64,000 nucleotides of DNA, from positions 1-64,000 of the forward strand of contig JBFWLW010000013.1 in the NCBI GenBank assembly GCA_050251945.1, written 5' to 3'. This document shows, in pieces, positions 17,160-27,115 of this stretch. The position numbers and the translations under genes were made by a program. Every line of letters starts with the position of its first letter. The first letter of the stretch is position 1. The notes under the pieces were generated by a model. The model was not told where the DNA came from and searched no databases. It saw only the letters and a program-made list of their open reading frames with translations. The DNA is from Deferribacterales bacterium. Lineage in GTDB: Bacteria; Chrysiogenota; Deferribacteres; Deferribacterales; Geovibrionaceae.

Positions 17160-18607
17160 TGTATGCCGGAAAGATACTCTCAGTCTCGCTGACAGACCTT
17201 TCCCACAGCATTGTAACACCTGAAAAGCGTATCTATGACAAATACATAGGCGGTCGTGGGCTGTGCGGATATCTTCTTGGCGAACATCTCAGCGAAAATC
17301 CTCTTATATTTTGCACTGGGCCGCTCACGGGTACAGGATATCAGACCACTGCCAGATGTGCTGTGATGCATATAGACCCGCGAACGGGAGGTCTGTTCCA
17401 CTCAGATTTCGGCGGCGGATTTGCGACGGCACTTAAAAGAGCGGGATACGACGGACTTATCATTACAGGAAGGGCGGAAAGCCCCGTGAGCCTCATTATT
17501 GACGAAAACGTACGGTTCGGGAGCATACCTTTCGGCTATGCGAAGACCGAAGCGGGCGCCGATAAAAATATAAGATACTGCGGCATCCTTTCCGACGGGT
17601 TCTTCACAACGCACAGAGGCGGCACGGGAACGCTGATGCACGACATGAACCTTTTGTCAGTGGGCATTATGCCTGCAAACGAACCGGAAATTCCATCGAC
17701 ATCTGCATATGAAGACATAGAAAGGCTTATAAACGCCGCACCGTCGCTCACCGGAAGACTGGGGATCGGCAGATTCGGCACAGCCGCACTCTATGACCTT
17801 TCCCATGCCCGCGATATCCTCCCCAACGTCTTTTTTAAACTGCCGAAACCCGATGCACACGATAACGCAAACGCCTTCGGTAAAACGGAAAGCGTTTCCT
17901 GCGGTTCATGCCCTATCGCCTGCCGCAAAAAAAAGGACGGACTGCGCGTACCGGAATATGACGAATTCACCATGCTTTTAAGTGTGGGGATACCCTTTGA
18001 CAGAATCACCGATATTTACAATCACTGCCTGAAACAGGGCATAGACATAATCACCGTCTGTCACTGCATAGCGCAATCCGGCATAGACGGAGAGAAATTT
18101 CTATACGACATCCCTCAGAAGTTTTACAAAGGCTCCGACAGCCTGACAATAAAAGGCATTGAACTGCCCGCCTTCGCACCCGATGGCGCAATGGGCGTGG
18201 CGCTTGGATACGCGACCTCTACAAACGGCGCGGACTGGACAACCGCCATGGCAGTCACCCACGAAATACTCAGAAAACCCGTCCCCACAGACAGACACTC
18301 TGCGGAGGGCAAAGCCGTGATAAATATAGCATATGAAAACGCAAAAGCAGCGGCGGATTCACTCCCCGTCTGTCAGTACGTCCTCTTTTCCGCATCGCTG
18401 GAGGAATACGCAAAGGCACTGGAAACCACTGCGGCTCAACTTGCCGACTGCGGAAACGGGATATTTATGAATGAGATAGATATAATCCGCCGTCTTGGTT
18501 TCGGCATAGAAACGGACAGGCTGCCGGAAGGAGTTCTGACACCTCAACAGCAGAAAGAGCTTGATGCCGAACTAAAAAAATATCACCGCATGCGGGGGCT
18601 TGCATGA
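17159..18607 (+). CDS. Aldehyde:ferredoxin oxidoreductase-family protein, shortened and divergent
   Basis: Motifs YIGGRGL, GGGFATALKRAGYDGLIITG, CGSCPIAC, PEYDE, KGIELPA, GYATS and DSLPVC. Confidence 0.85.
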   Translation: MYAGKILSVSLTDLSHSIVTPEKRIYDKYIGGRGLCGYLLGEHLSENPLIFCTGPLTGTGYQTTARCAVMHIDPRTGGLFHSDFGGGFATALKRAGYDGLIITGRAESPVSLIIDENVRFGSIPFGYAKTEAGADKNIRYCGILSDGFFTTHRGGTGTLMHDMNLLSVGIMPANEPEIPSTSAYEDIERLINAAPSLTGRLGIGRFGTAALYDLSHARDILPNVFFKLPKPDAHDNANAFGKTESVSCGSCPIACRKKKDGLRVPEYDEFTMLLSVGIPFDRITDIYNHCLKQGIDIITVCHCIAQSGIDGEKFLYDIPQKFYKGSDSLTIKGIELPAFAPDGAMGVALGYATSTNGADWTTAMAVTHEILRKPVPTDRHSAEGKAVINIAYENAKAAADSLPVCQYVLFSASLEEYAKALETTAAQLADCGNGIFMNEIDIIRRLGFGIETDRLPEGVLTPQQQKELDAELKKYHRMRGLA

Positions 18608-19734
18608 GCCTTTTCGATAAATACCTGAATAAACTTAAACTTCAGAAGCTCGCAGACAAAGCTCTCTATATCGTCACCGAGGACAACGTGACGGTCTATG
18701 GCGACAGTGCCGATAAAGAGCTTTCGGAAATAGCCTCACATATCAGGAGCTACGCGCTTCTTTTTGTCCGCCCTTCAGAACCGTTCATGTCCGCCCTTGA
18801 GCTGGCGGCGAAGAACGGTGAGTTCGCACCAAACGATTCGGAAACAAGAACCTTTCTGCACACCGTGCCTGTCGCCGACTGCTTTTCGGATGTGCCGGAC
18901 GCGCTCAAACGCCGCAAGGCGGTCTTCGTCCGCGGTCACGGAATAGTGACAGCCGCCCCTTTCGGCGCGGAACAGGCGTTTATTTTTGCCAGCTCAGTTA
19001 TATTCAGCGGGTTCGTGAAATTCTTTGCGGACGCGGGAGAAGCGGCACTCCTTGGAAAACCTTACGACCAAAAACTGACGCTCGGACTTCTGAACAGCTA
19101 CATAAAGAAGTTTGCCGTAAACGATACGCCTCCCCTCGATAAAATTATCTTTCAATCTGAACAATCCATATTATCAGCTATGGCACAGGCGGGCAGAACA
19201 ACAGTCGCTTTGGGGCTTGTTGATTCTTTTTTCGGCAACATATCAGTATTTGACGGCAGAAAAATATATATAAGCAGAACAGGCAGCAGTCTTGACGAGC
19301 TTGAAAATGAAACCGATATCTGCCCTCTGGACGAATCCGCCTGTACGGGACTTACCGCTTCAAGCGAGCTGGCATCCCACAGAAGGATCTATGAGACCAC
19401 GGATAAAAGGGTGATTCTCCACGCGCACCCGCGTTTCTCCGTTATAATGTCAATGATGTGCGCGGAAAAATGCGAAAACAGAGGAAAATGTCATTATGCC
19501 TGTACAAAAAAAAGGTATATAGGGAAAGTTCCGATAGTTGCGGGAGAGGTGGGCAACGGTCCCAGAGCAATGGTGAACACTCTGCCGCCGGCGATGAAAA
19601 TAAGTGACAGTGTAACAGTATACGGACACGGCGTTTTCACCGTGTCCGCTGATGATTTTAACGAAGCGCTGCGGCTGCTGACAGAAACAGAGACCGCGGC
19701 TTTAAAGGAATATCAGAAAATCATAATACAATAG
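18604..19734 (+). CDS. Class II aldolase/adducin family protein with duplicated domain
   Basis: The C-domain has GNIS, SSELASH, HAH and GHG metal ligands. The N-domain is a degenerate copy (NDSETRTFLH...RGHGIV). Confidence 0.88.
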   Translation: MSLFDKYLNKLKLQKLADKALYIVTEDNVTVYGDSADKELSEIASHIRSYALLFVRPSEPFMSALELAAKNGEFAPNDSETRTFLHTVPVADCFSDVPDALKRRKAVFVRGHGIVTAAPFGAEQAFIFASSVIFSGFVKFFADAGEAALLGKPYDQKLTLGLLNSYIKKFAVNDTPPLDKIIFQSEQSILSAMAQAGRTTVALGLVDSFFGNISVFDGRKIYISRTGSSLDELENETDICPLDESACTGLTASSELASHRRIYETTDKRVILHAHPRFSVIMSMMCAEKCENRGKCHYACTKKRYIGKVPIVAGEVGNGPRAMVNTLPPAMKISDSVTVYGHGVFTVSADDFNEALRLLTETETAALKEYQKIIIQ

Positions 19735-19801
19735 ATCGCTTCGTCGTGAACACTCCTCGCGAAGACATGTCTTCTGCGAAGGGTTAATTCTGAAGCAGTC
19801 T
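19733..19801. repeat. Inverted pair of REP-like palindromic elements
   Basis: agatcgcttcgtcgtgaacactcctcgcgaagaca is followed by an inverted degenerate copy ending gaagcagtct. It matches the reverse complement of 28299-28334. Confidence 0.7.
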
Positions 19802-19821
19802 ATTATAACTTATTCGTCATA

Positions 19822-20967
19822 TCAGAGCATTTTGCTGGCAAGCCATACGTCCACAAGATCGCCCCTCTGAACCTCTTCCGCATCTTCCGAGATGGCGGCG
19901 ACACAGGGGAATCCCACGCCGTTCTGGCAAGCGACAGCCATACCTTCGTCATTGATGGTGAGCCATGTTCTGACCAGTTTCGCAAAACCTTTCCTTTTTT
20001 TGACGGGAAAGTTTATCACCCCTTTGATGCTTCCTGTTTTAAGCCCGTGCCATTTGCGTATCGCCTGAACGAGAAACACTTCCGAACATGCTATGGCGCC
20101 CGCAGGGGAACCGGGGAACATGAACAGCGGTTTTCCGCCCAGAAGTCCGAAACGGAACGTTTTACCGGGGCTGACACGAAGTCCTTCAACGGGAATCTCG
20201 CCGCCGGCCTCAAGAACCGTGAGTTTCAGCAGGTCATATCTGGAATAGCCCGTTCCGCCGAATGTAACTATCATATCGCACTCAAGAGCCGCCTGTTTCA
20301 TAACGTTTGAAAGCAGACCCTCGTCGTCGGGTATTACCCCGTAATATTTCATATCCACATCGAAAATGCGCAGCAGTCCCGCCATGTGGTAATAGTTGCT
20401 GTTAACGGTACCTTTTCTGGTGAAATCCTCCACCAGTTCGGAACCTGTGGAGATAACGCCTATCAGGGGTGCTTTGGCACAGGGCAAAGTGGCAAAGCGC
20501 ATACTGGCAAATACCTCCATGAGCCGTATGTCCACCCGCATACCTTTGCGCGCTAATACATCCCCTTTTTTTATGTCGCTTCCAGCCTGAGTGATGTGTC
20601 TTTTACGCTCCTCACCCTGCTGGTATGTAACATTCTCTCCGTTTCTGTGGGCGTTTTCAAACGGAACTACAAAATCCGTGTTCGTGGGAACTTTCGCTCC
20701 GGTGGCAACGCGGATACACTCGCCTTTTTTCAGCGGTTTGTCATAGCTGTCTGCAGCGGAAAGCTCCTGTACGACAATACAGACGCCCTCGCTTCCTTTG
20801 CCCACGGCATAACCGTCCATACGGGACATGTCAACTTCCGGATAATCGTGCCGGGCAACGACATCCTCTGCCAGAACCCTTCCCGCAGAAGCGATGAGGG
20901 GAACCTCCTCCGGCTTTGCGCCGGGTATAAAAGATATGATGGTGTTAAATGCTTCTTCAAGTTTCAT
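19822..20967 (-). CDS. moeA: Molybdopterin molybdo/tungsto-transferase
   Basis: Motifs GRVLAEDV, SRMDGYAV, RVATGA, STGSEL, VNSN, TFGGTG, PGK and FPGSP. Confidence 0.9.
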   Translation of the reverse strand: MKLEEAFNTIISFIPGAKPEEVPLIASAGRVLAEDVVARHDYPEVDMSRMDGYAVGKGSEGVCIVVQELSAADSYDKPLKKGECIRVATGAKVPTNTDFVVPFENAHRNGENVTYQQGEERKRHITQAGSDIKKGDVLARKGMRVDIRLMEVFASMRFATLPCAKAPLIGVISTGSELVEDFTRKGTVNSNYYHMAGLLRIFDVDMKYYGVIPDDEGLLSNVMKQAALECDMIVTFGGTGYSRYDLLKLTVLEAGGEIPVEGLRVSPGKTFRFGLLGGKPLFMFPGSPAGAIACSEVFLVQAIRKWHGLKTGSIKGVINFPVKKRKGFAKLVRTWLTINDEGMAVACQNGVGFPCVAAISEDAEEVQRGDLVDVWLASKML

Positions 20968-21053
20968 GCTATAATCATAATACATTTTACGTGATTATAA
21001 AAGAGTGTTAGGAATAATCCTGTATTTTTTTCCGATGTGCATATAAATTACAA

Positions 21054-23042
21054 ATGAGCATGAAAAAGATTTTAATATATAATTCAAAAATTAACTTTTG
21101 TGATATTTCCGATCCTTTCTGCCGCATGATTGCCGAATATGAGCAGGTATACGGAAAAGACAGCCTGTTGAAAAGACTGGCGGAGGATAAGCCAGACGCT
21201 ATTGTTTTCGACAGTGAGGGGACAGACGACGCCTGCCTTTTTGAAATGGCAAAAATACTCAAAACGCCTGACGCGCCGAATACAGCGGTTTTTCTCACAT
21301 CCGACAGCAACCTGTCCCGTTTTGCAGATATAGGCATCAATACTTTTTTCACAAAGCAAACGGTAACAGAGGGCATAAAACAGCTTCAGCAGGGCAGAGA
21401 TACCAAATATGCCTCGCTCATACACAAAGCGGTGAACAGACTGCGCGACCTTGCCAACTGTGTCGAACACGGCATAATGGTGATGAATGCCAACGGGCGC
21501 GTAACTTTTATGAACGAGGCGGCAAAAAATATTCTGGATATGACTGGTTCAGAGATGAACCTTATGACACTGAACGAAATATTCACAGTACACCCTTACA
21601 TCGGCGACACAACCCGATTTGAAGAACAGCCCCACACCACCTGCAAAGGCAGGGAACTGCTCCTTTCCGGCACCCTGACAATAATACATGAAAACGGCGG
21701 GCAAAGCGGGAGCATACTGATATTCTATCCGGTCTCCGGACGCGCCATAGACAGACAGAAAGAACTTGAACTTCTGCAATATCAGGAGAGATACCACTCC
21801 ACCCAGCAGGCGGCGGCTTTCAAAAAGCAGATGCTCGTGATAAAGGATGAGATATCCGGCACCAAGGGCAGCCGGTTCTTTTTCGAGACCTATTTCAAAC
21901 CGCTGGACGTCATGAGCGGCGATATCTACGGAAACATGAACATAAAAGACGGCAGATACTTCCTTTACATCATAGACGCAATGGGCAAAGGACTGTCAGC
22001 TTCCGTTACGGCATTGCAGTCAAGCTCATTCATAAACCACTCGGTTGAACTTTCCATAATAAAAAACGACTTTGACATGAGCAGGATGCTCTCGTCATTC
22101 CTGCACTATATCCGCGACAGGCTGATGGAGGACGAGGCGTTATGCGCCGTTTTTGCCATGATAGACACAAACACGGACACTATATCCGTATCCAGCTTCG
22201 GCATGCCGCCCATCCTCGCAAAGATGAAAGACGGCACAGTGCAGAAACTCCGCACACCCAACATGCCCATCATGCGCTTTATGGCGGTTAAGGAGATAAC
22301 AGAATTCAGCCTGAAAGATATTGATAAAATACTGATATATTCCGACGGACTTTCGGAATCCACCACAAGCGACGGCTCGCTCTATTACGACAAACTGCCC
22401 GACTGTTTCAGCAAGGCGGCGACAAAAAAACACCTGCTCAGGATGGTAAACAAGGACATAACCCTGAACGAAGACGACATAACATTCTTCTTCATAAGCA
22501 CCGAACAAACGGAAACAGCAGCAGAGGACTCCTTCACGATAAACTCCGGCGCGGCGCAGCTCAGCGCAGCGGGGGAACGCATAAGTGCCTTTATGGAAGC
22601 ACAGGGGGTTGACAGCGTTGAAGTTTCAACCTTTGAGTTCGCGGTGGGCGAAATGCTGATGAACGCTCTGGAACACGGAAGCCTCGGGCTTTCATTCCGC
22701 CAGAAACAGGACATGATACGCGGCGGCGTGTATGACGACTTCATCACTGAACACACAAAAGAGAGTACATCCGATTACAGCAAAGAGATAAAGATACGCT
22801 GCCGTGCCGCGCTGACAGGTACCGGCGGACAAAAACTTCTGACCGTTGAGATAACCGACAGCGGAAACGGGTTCAACGTATCCGAAATATTCAAATTCAG
22901 CAGTTTTGACGGCAATTTATTTAAAATTGACACCAGAAAATACAACGGCAGAGGCATCTTCATCACCGACAACCTCGTGGACGGACTGTATTACAGCGAC
23001 AGAGGCAACACCGTTCACATTGTCAAAGTGCTTGAGGACTGA
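21054..23042 (+). CDS. PAS + PP2C (SpoIIE/RsbU) phosphatase + RsbW-like kinase fusion
   Basis: PAS (HGIMVMNANGRVTFMNEAA), PP2C motifs (SGDIY, DAMGKGLSA, YSDGLSE, DDIT) and HATPase motifs (EMLMNALEHG, DSGNGF, GRGIF). Confidence 0.9.
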   Translation: MSMKKILIYNSKINFCDISDPFCRMIAEYEQVYGKDSLLKRLAEDKPDAIVFDSEGTDDACLFEMAKILKTPDAPNTAVFLTSDSNLSRFADIGINTFFTKQTVTEGIKQLQQGRDTKYASLIHKAVNRLRDLANCVEHGIMVMNANGRVTFMNEAAKNILDMTGSEMNLMTLNEIFTVHPYIGDTTRFEEQPHTTCKGRELLLSGTLTIIHENGGQSGSILIFYPVSGRAIDRQKELELLQYQERYHSTQQAAAFKKQMLVIKDEISGTKGSRFFFETYFKPLDVMSGDIYGNMNIKDGRYFLYIIDAMGKGLSASVTALQSSSFINHSVELSIIKNDFDMSRMLSSFLHYIRDRLMEDEALCAVFAMIDTNTDTISVSSFGMPPILAKMKDGTVQKLRTPNMPIMRFMAVKEITEFSLKDIDKILIYSDGLSESTTSDGSLYYDKLPDCFSKAATKKHLLRMVNKDITLNEDDITFFFISTEQTETAAEDSFTINSGAAQLSAAGERISAFMEAQGVDSVEVSTFEFAVGEMLMNALEHGSLGLSFRQKQDMIRGGVYDDFITEHTKESTSDYSKEIKIRCRAALTGTGGQKLLTVEITDSGNGFNVSEIFKFSSFDGNLFKIDTRKYNGRGIFITDNLVDGLYYSDRGNTVHIVKVLED

Positions 23043-24466
23043 TCCTTTATAACTGGAAGCACTATCACAGCTTCCGCTCCGTCTTTCGTATTTTGCAGCT
23101 CAATATCACCGTGCATCTGATCCTTTACCACCAGCCTGGACATGAAAAGCCCTATACCGGAGCCTTTGCCCTCCTCTTTTGTGGAGAAATACGGCTCGAA
23201 CACATGTTCCCGCACTTCATCTGAAAGCCCCGTTCCGTTATCGGCAACACTTATGCGCACGCTGTCTTTTACGCACGAAACGGATATACTTATCTTCCCT
23301 TTATGTCCGGCAGAACCGGTATTCTTCTCGTTTATTGCGTCAATGCTGTTGTATATCAGGTTAAGCATCACATGGCGGAATCTGCCCTGTTCGCCGCGAA
23401 CAAACATCCATCTGTATGAGCAGTCGGGACATGCGGCTACGTTTCTGCATGCAATATGCTGCTTTCCGCATTTACATTGCAATTCAATATCTATACCGAG
23501 ATAATTGAGCTGCGCCTGTAAGATACTCATGACATCAAGAATTTCTGCTGCCACACAAAATTCAGCCGCCGCTTTTTCCGGCGCGAAGAAAAGCCTGAAA
23601 TCGTCTATTATATCGGACATTTTGTCTATCGTGGCTGTGACTACGGTATTGTAGTCGTCCATATATTTATCGTTCAGCTCACCAGCCTTATATGTATCAT
23701 TCAGGTCGATGCTGTAGAGCGAAAGGATGTTGAGCGGCTGCCGCCACTGGTGTGCAATGGCGCTTAAAAGCTTGCTCATATCCGCCATCTTCTTCTGATT
23801 TTCTATCAGATTTTCCTGCCGGTGGCGCTTTTTAAGCTCCTCCTCAACCTTTTCTTTCAGTTCGTCGTGCATCTGCCTGATACGGCTGTCCATTATGACA
23901 TACGAGGTCATATCTCTGCACATAACAAGAAATCTGTTATCACCCACACGCACTGCATGGCAGGAGAGGAAATAGTCCGCGCCGTCTTTTTTGAGAAATT
24001 TCAAAGTAATATCCAGACTGTCGGTGTTCAGCATCTTCGCCAGCGCCGCATAGCCCTGTTTAACACTTTCATCCGCCCACATCTGCTGAATGGTCATGGC
24101 AGTAAGTTCCGTCTCCGTGTAACCGGAGATATCGTACATTGACGGATTTGTTTCGACGATACGTCCTGTCCTGTCGCAAACGATTATCGGGTCGGGCGAG
24201 TTATTTATATATGTCTTATATTTCTCGTCACGTTCCCGCGCCTGCCTGTCCAGCTTGTTCAGAACACGCAGTATCACATACAAACCTGAGGTGAACATGA
24301 GAAAAAGCAAACCGACTGTCAGCTTTTCAAATATTTCTCTCGTCACATTGTCGTTCCTGAATCTGGCGTCAATATAGCTGTCGGTAAGAACATAAATCAG
24401 CACTGCAAAGACAGCCACCCCCGTAATAACCGTTCCGGACCTTTTAATTAAAAATAATCTGTTCAT
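23015..24466 (-). CDS. Membrane PAS sensor histidine kinase
   Basis: Two TM helices, a PAS domain, H-box IAHQWRQPL, N-box NLIYNSIDA, DNGTG, FEPYFSTK and GSGIGL. Confidence 0.93.
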   Translation of the reverse strand: MNRLFLIKRSGTVITGVAVFAVLIYVLTDSYIDARFRNDNVTREIFEKLTVGLLFLMFTSGLYVILRVLNKLDRQARERDEKYKTYINNSPDPIIVCDRTGRIVETNPSMYDISGYTETELTAMTIQQMWADESVKQGYAALAKMLNTDSLDITLKFLKKDGADYFLSCHAVRVGDNRFLVMCRDMTSYVIMDSRIRQMHDELKEKVEEELKKRHRQENLIENQKKMADMSKLLSAIAHQWRQPLNILSLYSIDLNDTYKAGELNDKYMDDYNTVVTATIDKMSDIIDDFRLFFAPEKAAAEFCVAAEILDVMSILQAQLNYLGIDIELQCKCGKQHIACRNVAACPDCSYRWMFVRGEQGRFRHVMLNLIYNSIDAINEKNTGSAGHKGKISISVSCVKDSVRISVADNGTGLSDEVREHVFEPYFSTKEEGKGSGIGLFMSRLVVKDQMHGDIELQNTKDGAEAVIVLPVIKDQSSSTLTM

Positions 24467-24605
24467 AATACCCTTCTTTTGGGTAGATTATACACTATAC
24501 AAGTACTAGTTTAAATTATTTTGTGATATAGTTCCATGTGGGGATAGTAAGCATCCATATTATTATTTTTTAACTACAGAATATGTTCATTTACAGAGGT
24601 GAATC

Positions 24606-26900
24606 ATGTTCAACAATACGTCAATCAGGTTGCGTCTGGTTACAGCAACTATCCTCGGACTGACGCTTTTCGGAATTGTTCTTACGACCCTTGCCGCCCT
24701 GAAATCCTGCCTTTCCGTTCAGGAAACGCAGCAGGAAAATCTGAGCAGCATCTGCGAAATCAAAAAAGACAACATTAACGATTATTTCAGCAATATCGGC
24801 GCTCTTCTCGTTTCAACAGCATCGGGGCAAATGACTGCTAAAGCTCTTTCGGAACTGAGCGAAGGCTATTATAAATTGCAGGACGAGCTGAAGACTGACC
24901 CGCAAGAGATATTAACTCAGCTTAAGATGCACTATGAAAACCAATACTTGAATATGGTCAACTATGATGTACCGGGGGTGCCGGAAAAGCGCCCTACCGA
25001 AGATTACCTGAAAATGAATCCTAACGGACTCATCGCCCAATATGTCTATATTGAAAAAAACGGCGAGAAAATTGGTGAAAAAAATAACATGACCACCCCC
25101 GAAGGGTTTGAAAGCGAATACACCCGCCTTCACTCCGCTTATCACAGTACATTCAACACAATACTTAAAGAATTCTCTCTTTACGATATCTTCCTTGTGA
25201 ACATGCAGGGGGACGTTGTCTACACCGTTTTTAAAGAAAAAGATTTTGCTACGAATCTGCTCTCCGGTCCATATGCGGACACAGGACTTGGCGACGCTTA
25301 CAAAAAAAGCAGAACGCTGGAAAAGGGCAAAATATATATGAACGATTTTAAACCTTATGAGCCCAGCTATAATCTGCCCGCATCGTTTATCTCAACTCCT
25401 ATATATGAAGGCGGCAAAATAACCGGCGTACTGATCTTTCAAATGCCTGTCAATAAGATAGACGCTGTAATGAACTTTAACGGGCATTATGAGAAATCAG
25501 GTCTCGGGGCAACAGGTCAGGCATTTCTTGTTGGCGAAGACCACACCATGCGCAATAACAGCAGATTTATAGACGACATTAAAGACCCGCTTGTACAAAA
25601 GCTGAAAACCACCATAGGAATACTCAAATTTGACGATGAAGCTGTATCCCGCGCACTTAAAGGCGAATCCGGATTTGCCGTAACAAAAGACCTTAACGGT
25701 GAGGATTCATTCAACTCTTTCTCTGCGTTGGAAATATACGGTATAAAGCTGGGCATTATCATTCGTATAGATAAGATTGAAGCAATGAAATCGGCTATCT
25801 CGCTGCGCAACTATCTGATAGTCGCATCACTGTTAATAACCCTGATTGCAGTGGCAATAACATATATTGTTATCAATTCAGTTGTTCTGAATAATCTCAG
25901 AAAGGTTACTGACGTTGTTAAAGAGCTGGTCAGTCAGGACGCAGACCTTACGAAAAAGCTTTCTCTCTCCGCATCAGGCGATTGCGCGCAAAGCAAAGAC
26001 GAAATAGTCCTCCTTACGTCGTATATTAACCGGTTCATCGGCAATATTCATTTTATTGTTAAGGATATTAAAGAGAAAGCGAGCAGTGTGAATATAAAAA
26101 CTTCCGGACTCGCCTCCGTGGCATCTGAAATATCCACAAGCTTTTCCGAACAGTCGGGACACATCAGCGACATTGCATCGGCGATGGAAGAGATGAGTGC
26201 GACATCTGAAATGGTTCTGCATAATGCCTCGGAAACAATTGAACGAACAGGCATTGCCGATCTTAAGACCAAAGACGGCATGAAAGCTCTTAAAGATGCT
26301 ATCAAAAGCATTGAAGAAATCAATGCAAGAGTCGGGTATCTGGCAAAGACAATAAACGAACTGAGCAGCTCGTCCGTCGAAATAGGAAATATACTTAATG
26401 TTATCAATGATATTGCAGACCAAACAAACCTTCTGGCACTGAATGCCGCAATCGAAGCAGCAAGAGCTGGAGAGGCAGGACGCGGCTTTGCCGTTGTTGC
26501 GGACGAAGTGCGCAAGCTTGCTGAACGCACACAAAATGCAATAACAGAGATAAGTCATATAGTCTCTTCATTTCAACATGAAACGGCAAACGCCTCCAAA
26601 GAGATGCAGAATGCCGAAGAAACCGTGAACAAAGGTGTGACCGCAATCAGCAACACCAACGAAATATTTAATCAGATTATTGATGCCGTTGTGAATATTG
26701 ATAATGCGGGACGAAATATTGAAGCTGCAGTAAAAGAACAAAACTCAGCTATCACATCAGTTTCAGAAAACATAAACGGTATCACTTCCGGAGTTGAACG
26801 GAGTACGGCGTCGATCCTTTCCGTTTCCGCTGATCTGGGCGAACTCAGCCATCTTTCAAATGAAATGTATTCAGACGTAAATAAATTCAAAACAGAATAA
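24606..26900 (+). CDS. Methyl-accepting chemotaxis protein with large periplasmic Cache-type domain
   Basis: TM-periplasmic-TM-HAMP layout and the hairpin motif [38 protein letters not shown]. Confidence 0.96.
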   Translation: MFNNTSIRLRLVTATILGLTLFGIVLTTLAALKSCLSVQETQQENLSSICEIKKDNINDYFSNIGALLVSTASGQMTAKALSELSEGYYKLQDELKTDPQEILTQLKMHYENQYLNMVNYDVPGVPEKRPTEDYLKMNPNGLIAQYVYIEKNGEKIGEKNNMTTPEGFESEYTRLHSAYHSTFNTILKEFSLYDIFLVNMQGDVVYTVFKEKDFATNLLSGPYADTGLGDAYKKSRTLEKGKIYMNDFKPYEPSYNLPASFISTPIYEGGKITGVLIFQMPVNKIDAVMNFNGHYEKSGLGATGQAFLVGEDHTMRNNSRFIDDIKDPLVQKLKTTIGILKFDDEAVSRALKGESGFAVTKDLNGEDSFNSFSALEIYGIKLGIIIRIDKIEAMKSAISLRNYLIVASLLITLIAVAITYIVINSVVLNNLRKVTDVVKELVSQDADLTKKLSLSASGDCAQSKDEIVLLTSYINRFIGNIHFIVKDIKEKASSVNIKTSGLASVASEISTSFSEQSGHISDIASAMEEMSATSEMVLHNASETIERTGIADLKTKDGMKALKDAIKSIEEINARVGYLAKTINELSSSSVEIGNILNVINDIADQTNLLALNAAIEAARAGEAGRGFAVVADEVRKLAERTQNAITEISHIVSSFQHETANASKEMQNAEETVNKGVTAISNTNEIFNQIIDAVVNIDNAGRNIEAAVKEQNSAITSVSENINGITSGVERSTASILSVSADLGELSHLSNEMYSDVNKFKTE

Positions 26901-27115
26901 CCACGGGTGAGAGCCGCTCACCCGTCTTTTTTACCACATAATAAAACTTATCCTTCAATCTGTCTTCGATTTGCATATATTGAAAGTGTAACTGAAATTT
27001 GTGACAAAAAAATGAAATCAAAAGCCCAAAAACCTTTTGATTAATCCACTAAATAAAGCTAGAGTAGGTATATAAAAAGTTTTGAAAGCTAACAAATCTG
27101 ACACAAGGAGTAAAA

